Of a DNA stretch of 64,000 nucleotides, positions 13,977 through 26,185 are shown piece by piece; position 1 is the stretch's first letter, and each line of letters opens with the position of its first letter. Position numbers and translations under genes: made by a program. Source of the DNA: Eledone cirrhosa (taxonomy: Eukaryota); assembly GCA_964016885.1 (NCBI GenBank), contig OZ024743.1:12834001-12898000 (forward strand). The letters run 5' to 3'. The notes under the pieces are model-generated. The model did no database searches. It saw only the letters and a list, made by a program, of their open reading frames with translations, and was not told where the DNA came from.

Positions 13977-14561
13977 TAATATGTATGTGATGAAACACAG
14001 ATACCAACACATCTGTATATATATTGCAAAAGAAAAATTTAGCCAGATTGAAGTATACTAATTATTATACTACAGTTTGTCCATATCGATTTAAAATAAT
14101 AAATCAACGGAGACGAACTGTATTGCCAAGAGGCCGTGATGTTTAGACACATTTAAATTTCAAAATCAAACCTGTTCCGTAGATAAGTTTAGACTTTAAG
14201 ATCCAAATATGTTTCGAGTTAAATAAGTGTAGGAATATCATGTCCCGCTCTCCAATTTGTCTCTGGATGTTTACTGAGGAGAGCGGGACATGATATTCCT
14301 ACACTTATTTAACTCGAAACATATTTGGATCTTAAAGTCTAAACTTATCTACGGAACAGGTTTGATTTTGAAATTTAAATGTGTCTAAACATCACGGCCT
14401 CTTGGCAATACAGTTCGTCTCCGTTGATTTATTATTTTAAATCGATGTGGACAAACTGTAGTATAATAATTAGTATACTTCAATCTGGCTAAATTTTTCT
14501 TTTGCAATATATATACAGATGTGTTGGTATCTGTGTTTCATCACATACATATTAATTTATA
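13970..14561. repeat. near-perfect palindrome with 284-bp arms and a 24-bp spacer
   Basis: 13970-14253 is the reverse complement of 14278-14561; I saw one mismatch (ccatatcgat vs ccacatcgat). Spacer 14254-14277. Confidence 0.95.
14269..14344 (+). ncRNA. type I hammerhead ribozyme candidate
   Basis: Stem I GTTTA/TAAAC; core CTGAGGA (14274); stem II GAG/CTC; GAAAC (14316); stem III closed by AC/GT with inner TTTGG/TTAAA; GTC cleavage triplet at 14337-14339. Confidence 0.72.
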
Positions 14562-14626
14562 CACTGCTCAGGGGATATTTTTCCCTCCTTCGAGCTGATT
14601 CCATTGTAAAAGAATTCATTACCTTA

Positions 14627-14690
<64 letters not shown>

Positions 14691-14693
<3 letters not shown>

Positions 14694-15147
14694 TGAAGAC
14701 TAGCATGGTCAACAGTACAAAAAGGCTTTTATTTACAGTATTAACAATTGTTCCATTGATTACCCTGATTAATGAAACAATTGTTAATACTGTAAATAAA
14801 ACCCTTCTTGTACTGTTGACCATGTTAGTCTTCACTCTTTCACTATTATTACTCCAGGATTGGCAGTATCTGAGTTCAAATCCCGCCGAGGTTGACTTTG
14901 CCTTTCATCCTTACGGGGTCGATAAAATAAAGTACCAGTAATGTACTGGATAATTGCTGGCCTTGTGCCTAAAATAGAAACAATTATTACTCCAAGATTA
15001 ACCTGCATAGGAATTCCCGAGAACTCGCAACCTAACTAAGGAAACCTCTTGTTGAGTCAAACAACGTCGTACGTTAAAACTATCCATAGTACGGAGTACT
15101 CACAACCTCTAACTGGATTACCTATAACGATAATTTGTTATCCCATA
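14691..15147 (-). repeat. inverted copy of the 12863 repeat, with a ~70-bp terminal fold-back and a SINE insertion
   Basis: 14691-14758 is an imperfect inverted copy of 14769-14837. The remainder aligns to 12863-13110 in reverse. Confidence 0.75.
14857..14982 (+). mobile_element. SINE family A, internally deleted, with 12-bp TSD
   Basis: ATTATTACTCCA at 14845-14856 and 14983-14994. The homologous site near 13017-13030 is uninterrupted. Confidence 0.85.
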
Positions 15148-15522
15148 TATATATATATATATATAAAGAGAGTTTAGTTGACTCATCAAAGATTCTCTTA
15201 GATAAACTCTTTGGTTGTATGCGCTTTGAAATACAACATACAACAACAACGACAAAGTTGACAATGATGATGACAGCAATAGCAACACTATCAATAATAA
15301 CAGCAGCAGTCTAAAGTTGAATATTCAGTTGTTACATTTCTATAACTTGCTTTGATAACATCTTTTATCATTACATGGATTTAGATTTCCTGTCTTTTGT
15401 CTGAACAAAAATCATGAGTTATTTCAATCTTCTGATCCTTATGTATAATACACTATAAATTTCGTTGCGCAAAATTCTTTGCATAAAATGGGATGCTCAA
15501 TGTTAAGAAATCAATAATTTCC

Positions 15523-15624
<102 letters not shown>

Positions 15625-15838
15625 AGACGTGTGTAACTTCGCGGAGAAGTTTCCGTTAATTTATGTAAGAAACGTGAGATTTTAGTTAAATTTTATATTA
15701 TTGTGTAACTTGACCCCCCGTCTGGACCTTCAGGTGGTGGGTCAACTCATTTTCGGCCCTACAGGGGCGAAATATCCGTTTGAAAAATTTTTTCTCCATC
15801 GAATCTTGGAAAAAATATTGTAAAAGTTTGATTACGTT

Positions 15839-17748
15839 ATGAACGCTGCGTCCAACGATAATGGTGGTGGAGAGGCGGTAAGACTACAAAGCTCGCAGTC
15901 AACATCGTCTTCTTCACTAGATACTATAGAGATGGAAAGACGAAATGAAAATGCAAAAACAAATTCATATCCAAACAACACAAATGACACCAAGCAGTTC
16001 AATGACAACAAAAATAACAGCAACACCAATAATGATGATAAAAACAACAATGATAACAACAACAAAGAAAAAAATAAAGACAACACCAATAACACCAGCA
16101 TCAAAGACAACAACAACACCAAGGAAAATACGAATAATATCAACATCGGTGACAACAAGAGTAACAACAACAATAACAACAATAATGACAACACGGATAA
16201 TTCCACAAAGAAACCAAAAATCTCCTTTGCAGAGAAAGTTAAAAAAAAGGAGGAACTGATATATCTCGACATAACAGATGCTGAACAACTTTTAAAGGAC
16301 GCTAGGAGATATGTCACTTTCGAAAAAAATGGTGCTTTCAGCATCAATTCTCCGGTAGAAATTCGCAAGGAAACTGCTCTCAAAACGATAGTTTTTAGGA
16401 CAGTTTCCAATTCTACCCGAAAACCAGTCCAATTGTCACAGAAAGAAATTGAACTGGTTTTCAAAAATTCAATGAATGATATTGCATTCATTCAAAGAAG
16501 CAAACTTTTTGGGAGTATTTCGGTACTCATGAAGGATCAATTGACGGCCCAAAATTACTCTGTGCCGCCAATTGTATCCATCCTGTACACCTTTTTCCCT
16601 ACATACATGGGAAAAAGGACACAAAAGATCAAAATCACGAGTGTCACACCAAAGGTGAACATATGGTGGATACTGTGCGGCTTCATCAATTTTGATGAAG
16701 ACAGAATACTGTCAGTAGGAAAGTCCCCCAGAGATGTATTCAATGGGACTAGCATTGAAGTTCTGGTGCAAATGAGCCCAGAGCGAATAGCTATGATCCC
16801 ACAACGTGTACTCCTGAACGGACTCACCTACATAAACTTTTCGGTTGAGGGTAGGCGGCCTTCATGTTACCATTGCTTTAGTAGGGGTCACCTGAGGGCT
16901 TCCTGTCCTAAATTAATGAATAAAAAAAGGCTATTCTGCCGACACCCATCAAAACAACACAACCACCAACACCACCACAACAACAACAACACCAACACAC
17001 AAAAATAACCACAACAAACACAGTCCCACCCAACCCCACTCCACCTAAAACCACTGCAAAATCACATACAGACACAACAGCTCCCCAAGACATACCCCTC
17101 CCCAATCACACAGACGATACAACAGATGAGGCTATCTCGCCATCACCCAGTGAAGACGAGGGAGAACCCCATCGCTCGAAAAGAATGAAAAGACATCACA
17201 AAAGCAAAAAACCAGCAAACACTACCACAAACATACAACCACCAACACAAACAACAAAAACATCACAAACAAAACCCCCACCTCCTGAAAACAAAATACC
17301 TACAACAAAACGAAAGCACACACAAGAACTACAGACAAAAACAAACACAACACAAGGAAATTACACTTACACTTACATAAACACTGAAAACAAAACACTA
17401 ATGGAGACCATCACGAACGACCCTTCGGTGAAAACCAAAGGGAAAACTTTCGCCCACTCTATTAAAAATAGCAAAAAACTGAACCTAAAACTGATTAGGG
17501 TCCCTATACAAATTTATTGGTCCCTAAAAGAAACATTTGAGAAGGATGTGGGGAATTCCTGCGTGAAACCACTCAACCGCGTCCTTCTCAAATGTCTCCC
17601 AACCCCAGACACCCCCATCCCACCAGACCCCACCCCACCAAACATCTCCGTCCCCACCCCGCCGGAAACCACCACCCATCCAGACAACCCCTCCAACACC
17701 CCCATGGAAATCGTGCGGCCTGGTCCCCAGGAGACGAAGGGTGAGTGA
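15839..17748 (+). pseudogene. LINE ORF1 (gag-like) with zinc knuckle, one frameshift
   Basis: Asn-rich N-terminus, SFAEKVK motif and CYHCFSRGHLRASC. A frameshift in the A7 run at 16922-16928 joins it to a Pro/Thr-rich frame continuing through ORF 17185-17748. Confidence 0.8.
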
Positions 17749-17781
17749 TCTCTTTTCCTCTTTTAACTTTTCAGCACCAAC

Positions 17782-20700
17782 ATGGCCAATATAAGAGTTG
17801 GATGTGTGAACGTACGCGGCCTGGGGATGCCCTGGAAACAGGGCAAACTCTTAAACGACCTCAGGTCGCACAGTATGGATGTGGTAGCCATTTGCGAGTC
17901 CAGGATCCACAGCGAGCGACAGCGGGCCCCCATCTTCGATGACTTTGAGATCTACGCATCTCTCTGTCAACCGGGGGGTGGGGAGGAGTTGCCGTTTTGC
18001 TGCGGAAACACCTGGGCCTCGTAACACAGACGGTACATCTGGACCCGGAGGGTCGACTGGTGGTCCTAGACGTTGGCGGTAGTGAAGGTGGAGCCTTCAG
18101 GCTGGTGGCCACATATGCCCCATCCGGGACACCGCGGCCAGACTTCTTCAAACGTCTGGAGACTTTTCTGGGAACGTCCCGCTCCTTGCTTTTAGTGGGG
18201 GACTGGAATGGAATCCTAGATGCACGTTGGGACTATGTGGGAGCATGTCCCGATAAAGGAGGGTGTAACAGCCTCAAACAGTTAATCGACCGATTTGACC
18301 TGGCCGATAGATATCGACTGGATTTTCCGACTGCGCCACTGTGGACGTGGAGTAATCGTAGCGGAACATCTAGATCGTACCTAGATAGGGTTCTAGTTAG
18401 AAATAAGGATAGGGACATGTTAAGCTGTCCACAAATGTTCATGGTTGCCTATTCAGATCACAAACTAGTGACCTGCATGGCCAACCTTGATAGAACCCAT
18501 AGACAAGGACCCGGCTACTGGAAGCTGAACTTGTCGTTACCGACAAGCAAAGCCTACAGTAGACGGATTAGCACTTTAGTTAAACAGCACTTGACAGGGG
18601 CCATTGTCAACAACAGATGGTGGTACTCTCTCAAGAGGGCAGTTAGATTAGACTCGATAGTTTTTAGTAAAGAATTAGCGTTAGATAGAAATAGAACCGA
18701 GAAGGAACTGGTAGATAAAGTAGAAGAGGCAATTAGAAGTGGCAACGTAGCCAGCGTGCTAGCAACGAGAACGGCCTTGGACCAGTTCTTCGACGCAAAG
18801 CACGAGGGCTGCGTTGTCAGAAGCAAAATACGTGCTCTGGGAAACGAGGGAGCCAAAGCTGTTAGCTGGGCCCGAGTGACGGAGGAAAAAAGTGGCAACA
18901 AGTCCACGATTCGGTCTTTGAAGGACCAAAACGGACGCGTGATACGTGAGCCGAAGCAGATGTGTGCGGCTTTTCAGCGGCACTTTGCTAAACTGTTCGG
19001 GAGGGACGGCGCGCCGGGAGGGGCTATGGATTTCGGTCCATACCTCGACGGCCTACCGCGACTCTCGGACAGCGAGGCAAAGTTCTGCGAAAAGGCTATT
19101 TCAGCCGCTGAGATAGGGGACGCGATGAGCCAATGCGGCAAACGCAAATCTCCAGGTCTCGACGGTCTACCCTACGAATTTTACGTAGCAATGCCGGACT
19201 TATTCTCCGGTCTCCTGGAAGCGGTCTACTGCAACTGGCAACAGAACGGGAGAATTCCCAGTTCTGTAACCGGGGGCGTGGTCACACTAATCAGGAAGGA
19301 CGAGAATAAGGGGGATGACATAGGAAACTTCCGGCCCATAACTCTGCTAAACACAGAGTTACAGATTTTGGCCAAAGTGTTGGCAAAGAGGCTGGCGCTT
19401 GTCGTCGAGAACCTGGTGGGAGAAGCGCAGACATGCGCAATCCCGACCAGGTCCATACACGACAACCTCCACCTCATGCGATACATCATAGAGAGGTGTA
19501 AACCCGGCTTCGGTGGGGCCCTGATCAACTTGGATCAGTCTAAGGCTTTCGACCATCATTACCTGGATGCGGTGCTCGAGGCGGCAGGCTTCAGACCCGT
19601 GTTCAGGGGCTGGATTGCTGCAATGCACAACAGCAACATCTGCTGAAGGGTCTAGGTGAACGGCTACCCCTCGGAGCCGTTCCATATTACGCGATCCATT
19701 CGACAGGGATGCCCTCTCTCCTCCCTTCTGTACGTACTGACTCTCGAGCCACTACTGCGGAAGCTGGAGCTATTGCAGGGCATCCCTCTGGAACCGGGAC
19801 TGCGGAAAGCGACGTCAGCCTACGCCGACGATGTGACAGTAATGGTGTCGAGCGCCTCGCAAATCGAGGAAGTCGGCACCTTACTGAAGGAATACGAAAG
19901 TTTCACAGGAGCGAAGCTGAACCGGGACAAGTCCATCGGTTTGCAACTCGGATCGTGGAGAGGCAAACCGATGCCTTCCGATGGCGTCGTCGGACGCTGG
20001 ACGGAAGGACCGGTAAAGCTGCTCGGGGTCTGGTTTGGTCTGGACCTCCAGGTGGAGAAGAACTGGAACGAAGTGACGGCCAAGGTATTTGCACTCACCC
20101 AGAAGTGGGCCGAGTGCAAACTATTCTTGAAAGGTCGAGCGGAGGTGGCGAACACTTTTATAGCCTCCGCCATCTACTACAACTTGACCGTCGTGCCTCT
20201 TCCAGCTCGCCAAAATGGAGCGCGCGCTCTTCCGATTCCTTTGGAAGAGGCGGGCTCCTTTGGTGAGAAGATCCATCTGCTGCCAACACCCTTCTAACGG
20301 AGGGCTGGGGATGCCGTGGTTGACGATGCGCAAACACGCGCTCAGGCTGCGGCATCTCTACGTATTCCTCACCGGACAACCGGTGTGGGCCCCGTTCGTG
20401 AGGCGAGCCTTCCCACGACTCGTCTCGCTGACCGAGCAGCAGTCCTGGGCCAAGCAAAGACCGAAGAAAATGGGCGATGGCACATCGAATGTGCTCAGGC
20501 GCTCACAGCCCTTTGGCAGGCGGACCCGCCGATGAGTGGAGACTCTACTTCGTAATTCTATAGAGGGTTGATCCGCAGCAAGTGCGATGACGCGCTCGGT
20601 GAAACTCTAGGCGTAGAGGAAGATGAACTGGCCAGTCTGTTCGGTAGGACCTTCCGCCCGGGACCGATGGACAACTTCCAAAAGTCCCTGGCCTGGCAGT

Positions 20701-21195
20701 GCTACCGAGGAGCTCTACCAGTTCGAGACAAGCTCTACAGACATGGGCGCCCGGGCAGAGACCCTGCAAAAAAGATCTGTCCGAGGTGCGTGCGAGACGA
20801 AGAAACCGCCGCGCACGCATTCATACACTGCCCGGGCGTCACTGACCTGTGGGGCTATGTAGAACGACTATTGTCGCGGGTGGGACCAATCCGGTTGACC
20901 ACCGAGTCCATTGTCATGATCAAACCGCCACCCTCCTTCAAAAACGAAGGAGAGGCGGTTTTCCTTTGTGTGATAGCTATGGCGAAAGAGGTTGTATGGT
21001 GGACAAGGTTGAAAGGGCTGAGGTCAGACACCTTTCTCTCCGGCCAACAACTGATTCATTTTTTTCAAATACCACTTTGGAAGAAGAATCAGGATGGAGA
21101 GAGAGGTGCTGTACCCCAGCAAGTTTTATGAAAGGTGGGTGAAAGTGGCGAGAATGGCCCGAGTGAATGGTCCTTCTCTCTATATCAGCCTGTAG
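17782..21195 (+). pseudogene. LINE ORF2 (APE endonuclease, reverse transcriptase, Zn-finger), disrupted
   Basis: Motifs NVRGL, GDWN, SYLDR, SDH, GPGYWKLN, SPGLDGLPYEFY, FRPITLLN, RQGCPLS, AYADD and CPRC..E...H...C. Frameshifts near 17975, 20205, 20470 and 21065; stops near 19644 and 20552. Confidence 0.9.
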
Positions 21196-21260
21196 GTTGA
21201 GGAAAAGGAGGAGGAGGGGAAAGGAGTACAAACTCTTCGTAACTCCTGGAGATGAGGGTT

Positions 21261-22922
21261 GCAATCCCAGCCAGGTCCATACACGACAACCGCCACCTCA
21301 TGCGATACATCATAGAGAGGGTAGGGTGTAAACCCGGCTTCGGTGGGGCCCTGATCAACTTGGATCAGTCTAAGGCTTTCGATAGGGTTGACCATCGTTA
21401 CCTGGATGCGGTGATAGAGGCGGCAGGCTTTGGACCCGTGTTCAGGGGCTGGATTGCTGCAATGCACAGCAGCAACATCGAGTCAAGGTGAACGGCTACC
21501 TCTCGGAGCCGTTCCATATCACGCGATCCATCCGACAGGGATGCCCTCTCTCCTCCCTTCTGTACGTACTGACTCTCGAGCCACTACTGCGGAGGTCGGA
21601 GCTATTACAGGGCATCCCTTTGGAACCAGGACTGCGAAAAGCGGCGTCGGCCTACGCCAACGACGTGACAGTAATTGTGTCGAGCACCTCGCAAATCGGG
21701 GAGGTCGGCACCTTACTGGAGGAATACGAAAGGTTCACAGGAGCGAAGCTTAACCGGGGCAAATCCGTCGGTTTGTAACTCGGAACGTGTAGAGGCAAAC
21801 CGATGCCTTCCGATGGTGTCGTCGGACGCTGGACGGAAGGACCGGTAAAGCTGCTCGGGGTCTGGTTTGGTCCGGACCTCCAAGTGGAGAAGAACTGGAA
21901 CGAGGTGACGGCCAAGGTGTTTGCGCTCACACATAAGTGGGCCGAGTGCAAACTATTACTGAAAGGTCGAGCTGAGGTGGCGAACACTTTTATAACGTCC
22001 GTCATCTACTACCGCTTGACCATCGTGCCTTGTCCAGCCAAAACGCTCACCAAAATGGACGCGCGCTCTTCGACTTCCTTTGGAAGAAGCGGGCTCCTTT
22101 GGTGAGAAGATCCCTCTTCTGCTAACACCCTCTCTCACTGGACAACCGGTGTGGGCCCCATTCGTGCAGTCCTGGGTCAAGCAAAGACCGAGCTAAATGG
22201 GCGACTGGCATATCGAATGTGCTCAGGCGCTCACAGCCCTCTGGCGGGCGGACCCGGCGATCAGTGAAGACTCCACTTCGTCATTCTATTGAGGGTTGGT
22301 CCGCAGCAAGTGCGACGACGCACTCGGAGAAACTCTAGGCGTAGAGGAAGACGAACTGGCCAGTCTGTTCGGTAGAACCTTCCACCCGGGACCTATGCAC
22401 AACTTCCAAAAGTCCCTGGCCTGGCAGTGCTACCGAGGAGCTCTACCAGTTCGCGACAAGCTCTACAGACACGGGCGCTTGGGCAGGGACCCTTTGAAAA
22501 AGATCTGTCCGAGATGCGTGCGCGACGAGGAAACCGTCTCGAACGAATTTGTACAATGCCCGGGCGTTACCGACCTGTGGGGCTATGTAGAACGACTATT
22601 GTCGAGGGTGGGACCAATCCGGTTGACCACCGAGTTCATTGTCATGATCAAACCGCCATCCTCCTTCAAAAACGAAGGAGAGGTGGTTTTCCTATGTGTT
22701 ATGGATATGGTGAAAGAGGTTATATGGTGGACGAGGTTAAAAGGGCTGAGGTCAGACACCTTTCTCTCCGGCGAGCAACTGATTCGTTTTTTCAAATATC
22801 ATTTTGGAAGAAGAATCAGGATGGAGAGAGAGGTGCTGTACCCCAGCAAATTTTATGAAAGGTGGGTGAATGTGGCAAAGATGGCCCGAGTGGTTGGGCC
22901 TTCTCTCTATATAAGCCTGTAG
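21261..22922 (+). pseudogene. second, diverged copy of the ORF2 3' half (RT to Zn-finger)
   Basis: Restarts at caatccc (equivalent to 19438), repeats 19438-21195 with substitutions and deletions, and ends YISL* at 22922. Confidence 0.88.
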
Positions 22923-24411
22923 GTTGAGGAAAAAGAGGAAGAGAGGAAGGGAGTAATCACTCTTGGTGCTCCTGGAGATGAGGGTTGTACATTTTTTCGG
23001 GGTGTGTACAACCCCTGTGTAACACCTCCCCCCTATTGGGGATTTCAATTGTTATTTGTTATTGTATTAATAGTTTTATTTTCATATACCTGTATGTAAA
23101 CTCCCCATTTGTATTTGTCCCCTTCTTTTGTGCCCTTGTGGCTAATAAAAAATTTATCTATCTATCTATCTATTTATATCATACCTATCTTTTTTATCTC
23201 TCTGTCAATGTATATATGTGTGTATGTACGTTGGTAGCTCTCTATATGCATACATATGTATATACACATAGATATACATATATACATATATATATAGATA
23301 TATACATATATGTATAGGAGCAGAAATACACACATATATATGTTCATTTTAAAATTCTTTCACGTTTCCTAATTTCTTTCTTTCGCGTTTCCGTCTTATA
23401 TTCTTGAAATGTAAATAAAACGAAAAAAAAAAAGAAGAAAACAACACAATAAATGAAATTCATAAATAAAAATAGTTTAGAGTGTTAAAGTTTCCAAAAA
23501 TGAATAAATAAAACAAGAACTGAATAAGAATAAAATGAAATACCCCCCCCCCCCCCCCCACACACATGTATATTCTCTATATAGATTAGAAAAAAAAACC
23601 CGCTCTGGCTCAAACATATACGTACACGCAACAAAATACACGCATACAGAGGCATTTAAACACATACACACACGCATGCACACACATACAAACACGCACA
23701 CAAACACACAGTCATACAAAGAAGTAAACATCATACGAGTGAAACAAAACGTATTATTACATAGTTGTTGGCTTTTGTTTCTACATTGACACAAAGCCAG
23801 CTACTATAAGTATGGCGACGAACACAAAAGCCAAAATTCTGTTGCATTATAATTATATAACTACAGGAGAATATTTTTTGTTTTGTCTATTCAGAAATAT
23901 ATTACTTTTGTTCACATTCGAAATTACACTGAAAGTGAAAATATTGATATTTCGTAATTTGTGATTATCATTGATATATCGACAATTATTTATCTATCAA
24001 TTCATTTATTTAGGTTTCTATATATTTATGTATATATTTACACTTTCAATTATGATAGGTACATTTTTTTCCCTTCTGTTTCTAACCGCCGGTTTATATG
24101 AGATATATAGTAAGTTTACATACTAAAACACACATACATGATTTCATAGGATGCGAGCCCACAAAAATACCATTGTATGCCCACACTAAAACACACACAC
24201 ACGCAGGCACATACGCACGTACACGCACAGGCACGCATACACACACAGACCATTGGACGTAAAGTATTTTTAACTGGAACATTTGTCTATTTGCTTGCTG
24301 GTTTATCCATCTTCCCCAGGTTTCGATTCTCGTTCTCTCCCTCCTCTCTCTCTGTCCCCCTCTCTCTCTGTCCCCATCTCTCTCCCTCTCACTTTCTATC
24401 TATCTCTCCCT

Positions 24412-24466
<55 letters not shown>

Positions 24467-24795
24467 CATATATACATATATATATATACGCATGCACACA
24501 CACACACATATATTTATATACATACATTTATATACATACATTTGTATATATATATATATATATATATATTTATAGCAGTTATTTTATCTATATATAAGGT
24601 AGTCTATCTACCTATTTACCTACTCACCTATCTACCTATGCATTGATGAATGAATGAATCAATCAATTTATCTATTTATCTACTCACTTATCTATCTATC
24701 ATTTCACAAGCATACATATTTGTGGGCACGATTTGTATATATGTCTGAATGAATGTATATACCTAGGTATATTTGTATGTATCTATGCGTACACG

Positions 24796-24803
24796 TATGT
24801 ATG

Positions 24804-24837
<34 letters not shown>

Positions 24838-24925
24838 TGTATGTATGTATGTATGTATGTATGTATGTATGTATGTATGTATGTATGTATGTATGTATGT
24901 ATGTATGCATGTATGTATGTATATG
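24796..24925. repeat. (TATG)n microsatellite
   Basis: Directly visible; further tracts at 25261-25300 and 25908-25955. Confidence 0.95.
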
Positions 24926-25260
24926 CGCGGGGACATAGAAATAGTCGGGCTGGATACCCATTTGTGCGGTTAAACCGCAGGGAGTGAAGGACCCCTAGCC
25001 TTTGCCAGGACATTCTTCTAGGAGAAGGCAACTCAGGAAACTGGGATAACTCCGATATAAAACCTGCGGCTCAGTAGTTACCGATGATGTTGATCTTTTC
25101 TTATTTTCGGGATATAGCTACTGTTGCTCAAAGAGTGGGATTGGTTCAGTGCACAGTCTTACCTCACTTAAAAAAAAAAAATCTTCACGCACAGGCATTG
25201 GACGATAGAATTAATTAATAATTATTAATAATGGTATATCGATAACGAGTGGGCAGCCAT
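24926..25260 (+). mobile_element. non-autonomous RTE-derived element, truncated
   Basis: Shares accc.tagcctttg...ctaggagaagg.aactc...gatataa.acctgc with 25510-25570. Ends in acgagt.ggcagcca plus (TATG)n, like the neighbouring copy. Confidence 0.6.
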
Positions 25261-25303
25261 TATGTATGTATGTATGTATGTATGTATGTATGTATGTATG
25301 TCA

Positions 25304-25907
25304 GGTCACCAGTTGGTGCTACTGGTAACATGTATCCCAGTACAACCTGTCTCATGGTCGGGTCGTTGGCGACTAAACTGGCAACCCCACCAAGGTTTCT
25401 TGGTGAGGAGGGTGACTTTGGACATCCTGCAGGACTAAAAACAAGACCTGTCAAAGGGCAAAGGAGCTCTTAAGAGTCAATGGCCATCCAAAATCACAGG
25501 GAGAGATGACCCCTTAGCCTTTGTCAAGGCAGAATCCTAGGAGAAGGAAAACTCTGATATAACACCTGCAACCCTGATGGTATCCAATGATGTTGACTTG
25601 TTCTTCTTTTTGGTAAATATCATCTTGGTTAAGAGAGTGGGACTGGCTTTGTGCAGTGCCTTTGCTCACTATAAAAGCTTCACGGCACAGGCATTGCTTT
25701 ATATCTGGAGATATCTCTGCACTTGTCATCACATGTACCATGGGCCCAGCACTATATGTCAATAATGGTCACAAGTGGGGTATTTGTGCCAGAGTTTTCA
25801 AGTCGCTGACTGGACTAAAAAGTCACACTCGTTCAGCGCATCGGTAGGGGTTCTCCTACATGGATATAAAGTAGTGGCCGTACTCGAAAACGAGTTGGCA
25901 GCCACCA
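25304..25907 (+). mobile_element. non-autonomous RTE-derived (bipartite) element
   Basis: A 5'-UTR-like part is joined to an ORF end with a degenerate C2H2 finger (GICARVFKSLTGLKSHTRSAHR*). 3' hairpin ACTCG-AAAA-CGAGT and (TATG)n tail. Confidence 0.6.
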
Positions 25908-26185
25908 TGTATGTATGTATGTATGTATGTATGTATGTATGTATGTATGTATGTATCTATGTTCTTCTGGTTTTATAATTTCACAAAGTTTTATCAAGAG
26001 AGAGTCGGTTTCTAACATAGACACAAGACTCTCTCATTGGAATTTACACAACATCAATTAGGTAGATATGTATGTATGCATGCATGTGTAGATATGGATG
26101 TTATTGTATGTGTGGATGTGTATATTTTGAGTTGTATGTGTGATTGTGTATATGCTTTGCATCTGTACATGTGTATATGCAGTTA

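Larger units (their letters stand above)
15625..23153 (+). mobile_element. full-length Tx1/L1-clade LINE with a second 3' segment in tandem
   Basis: 5' end (c)AGACGTGT follows (TATC)n. ORF1 has a CCHC knuckle; ORF2 has APE + RT + C-terminal CxxC. AATAAA at 23144 is followed by (TATC)n. Confidence 0.9.

Noticed and set aside
14557-14941. Two similar ORFs (MKT.MVNST...) on opposite strands
   Set aside because: Artefact of the 70-bp hairpin.
15832-16491. Leu-rich minus-strand ORF
   Set aside because: Antisense of the Asn-rich part of LINE ORF1.
16921-16930. Programmed ribosomal frameshift in ORF1
   Set aside because: The element has many other homopolymer indels, so mutation or sequencing error is more likely.
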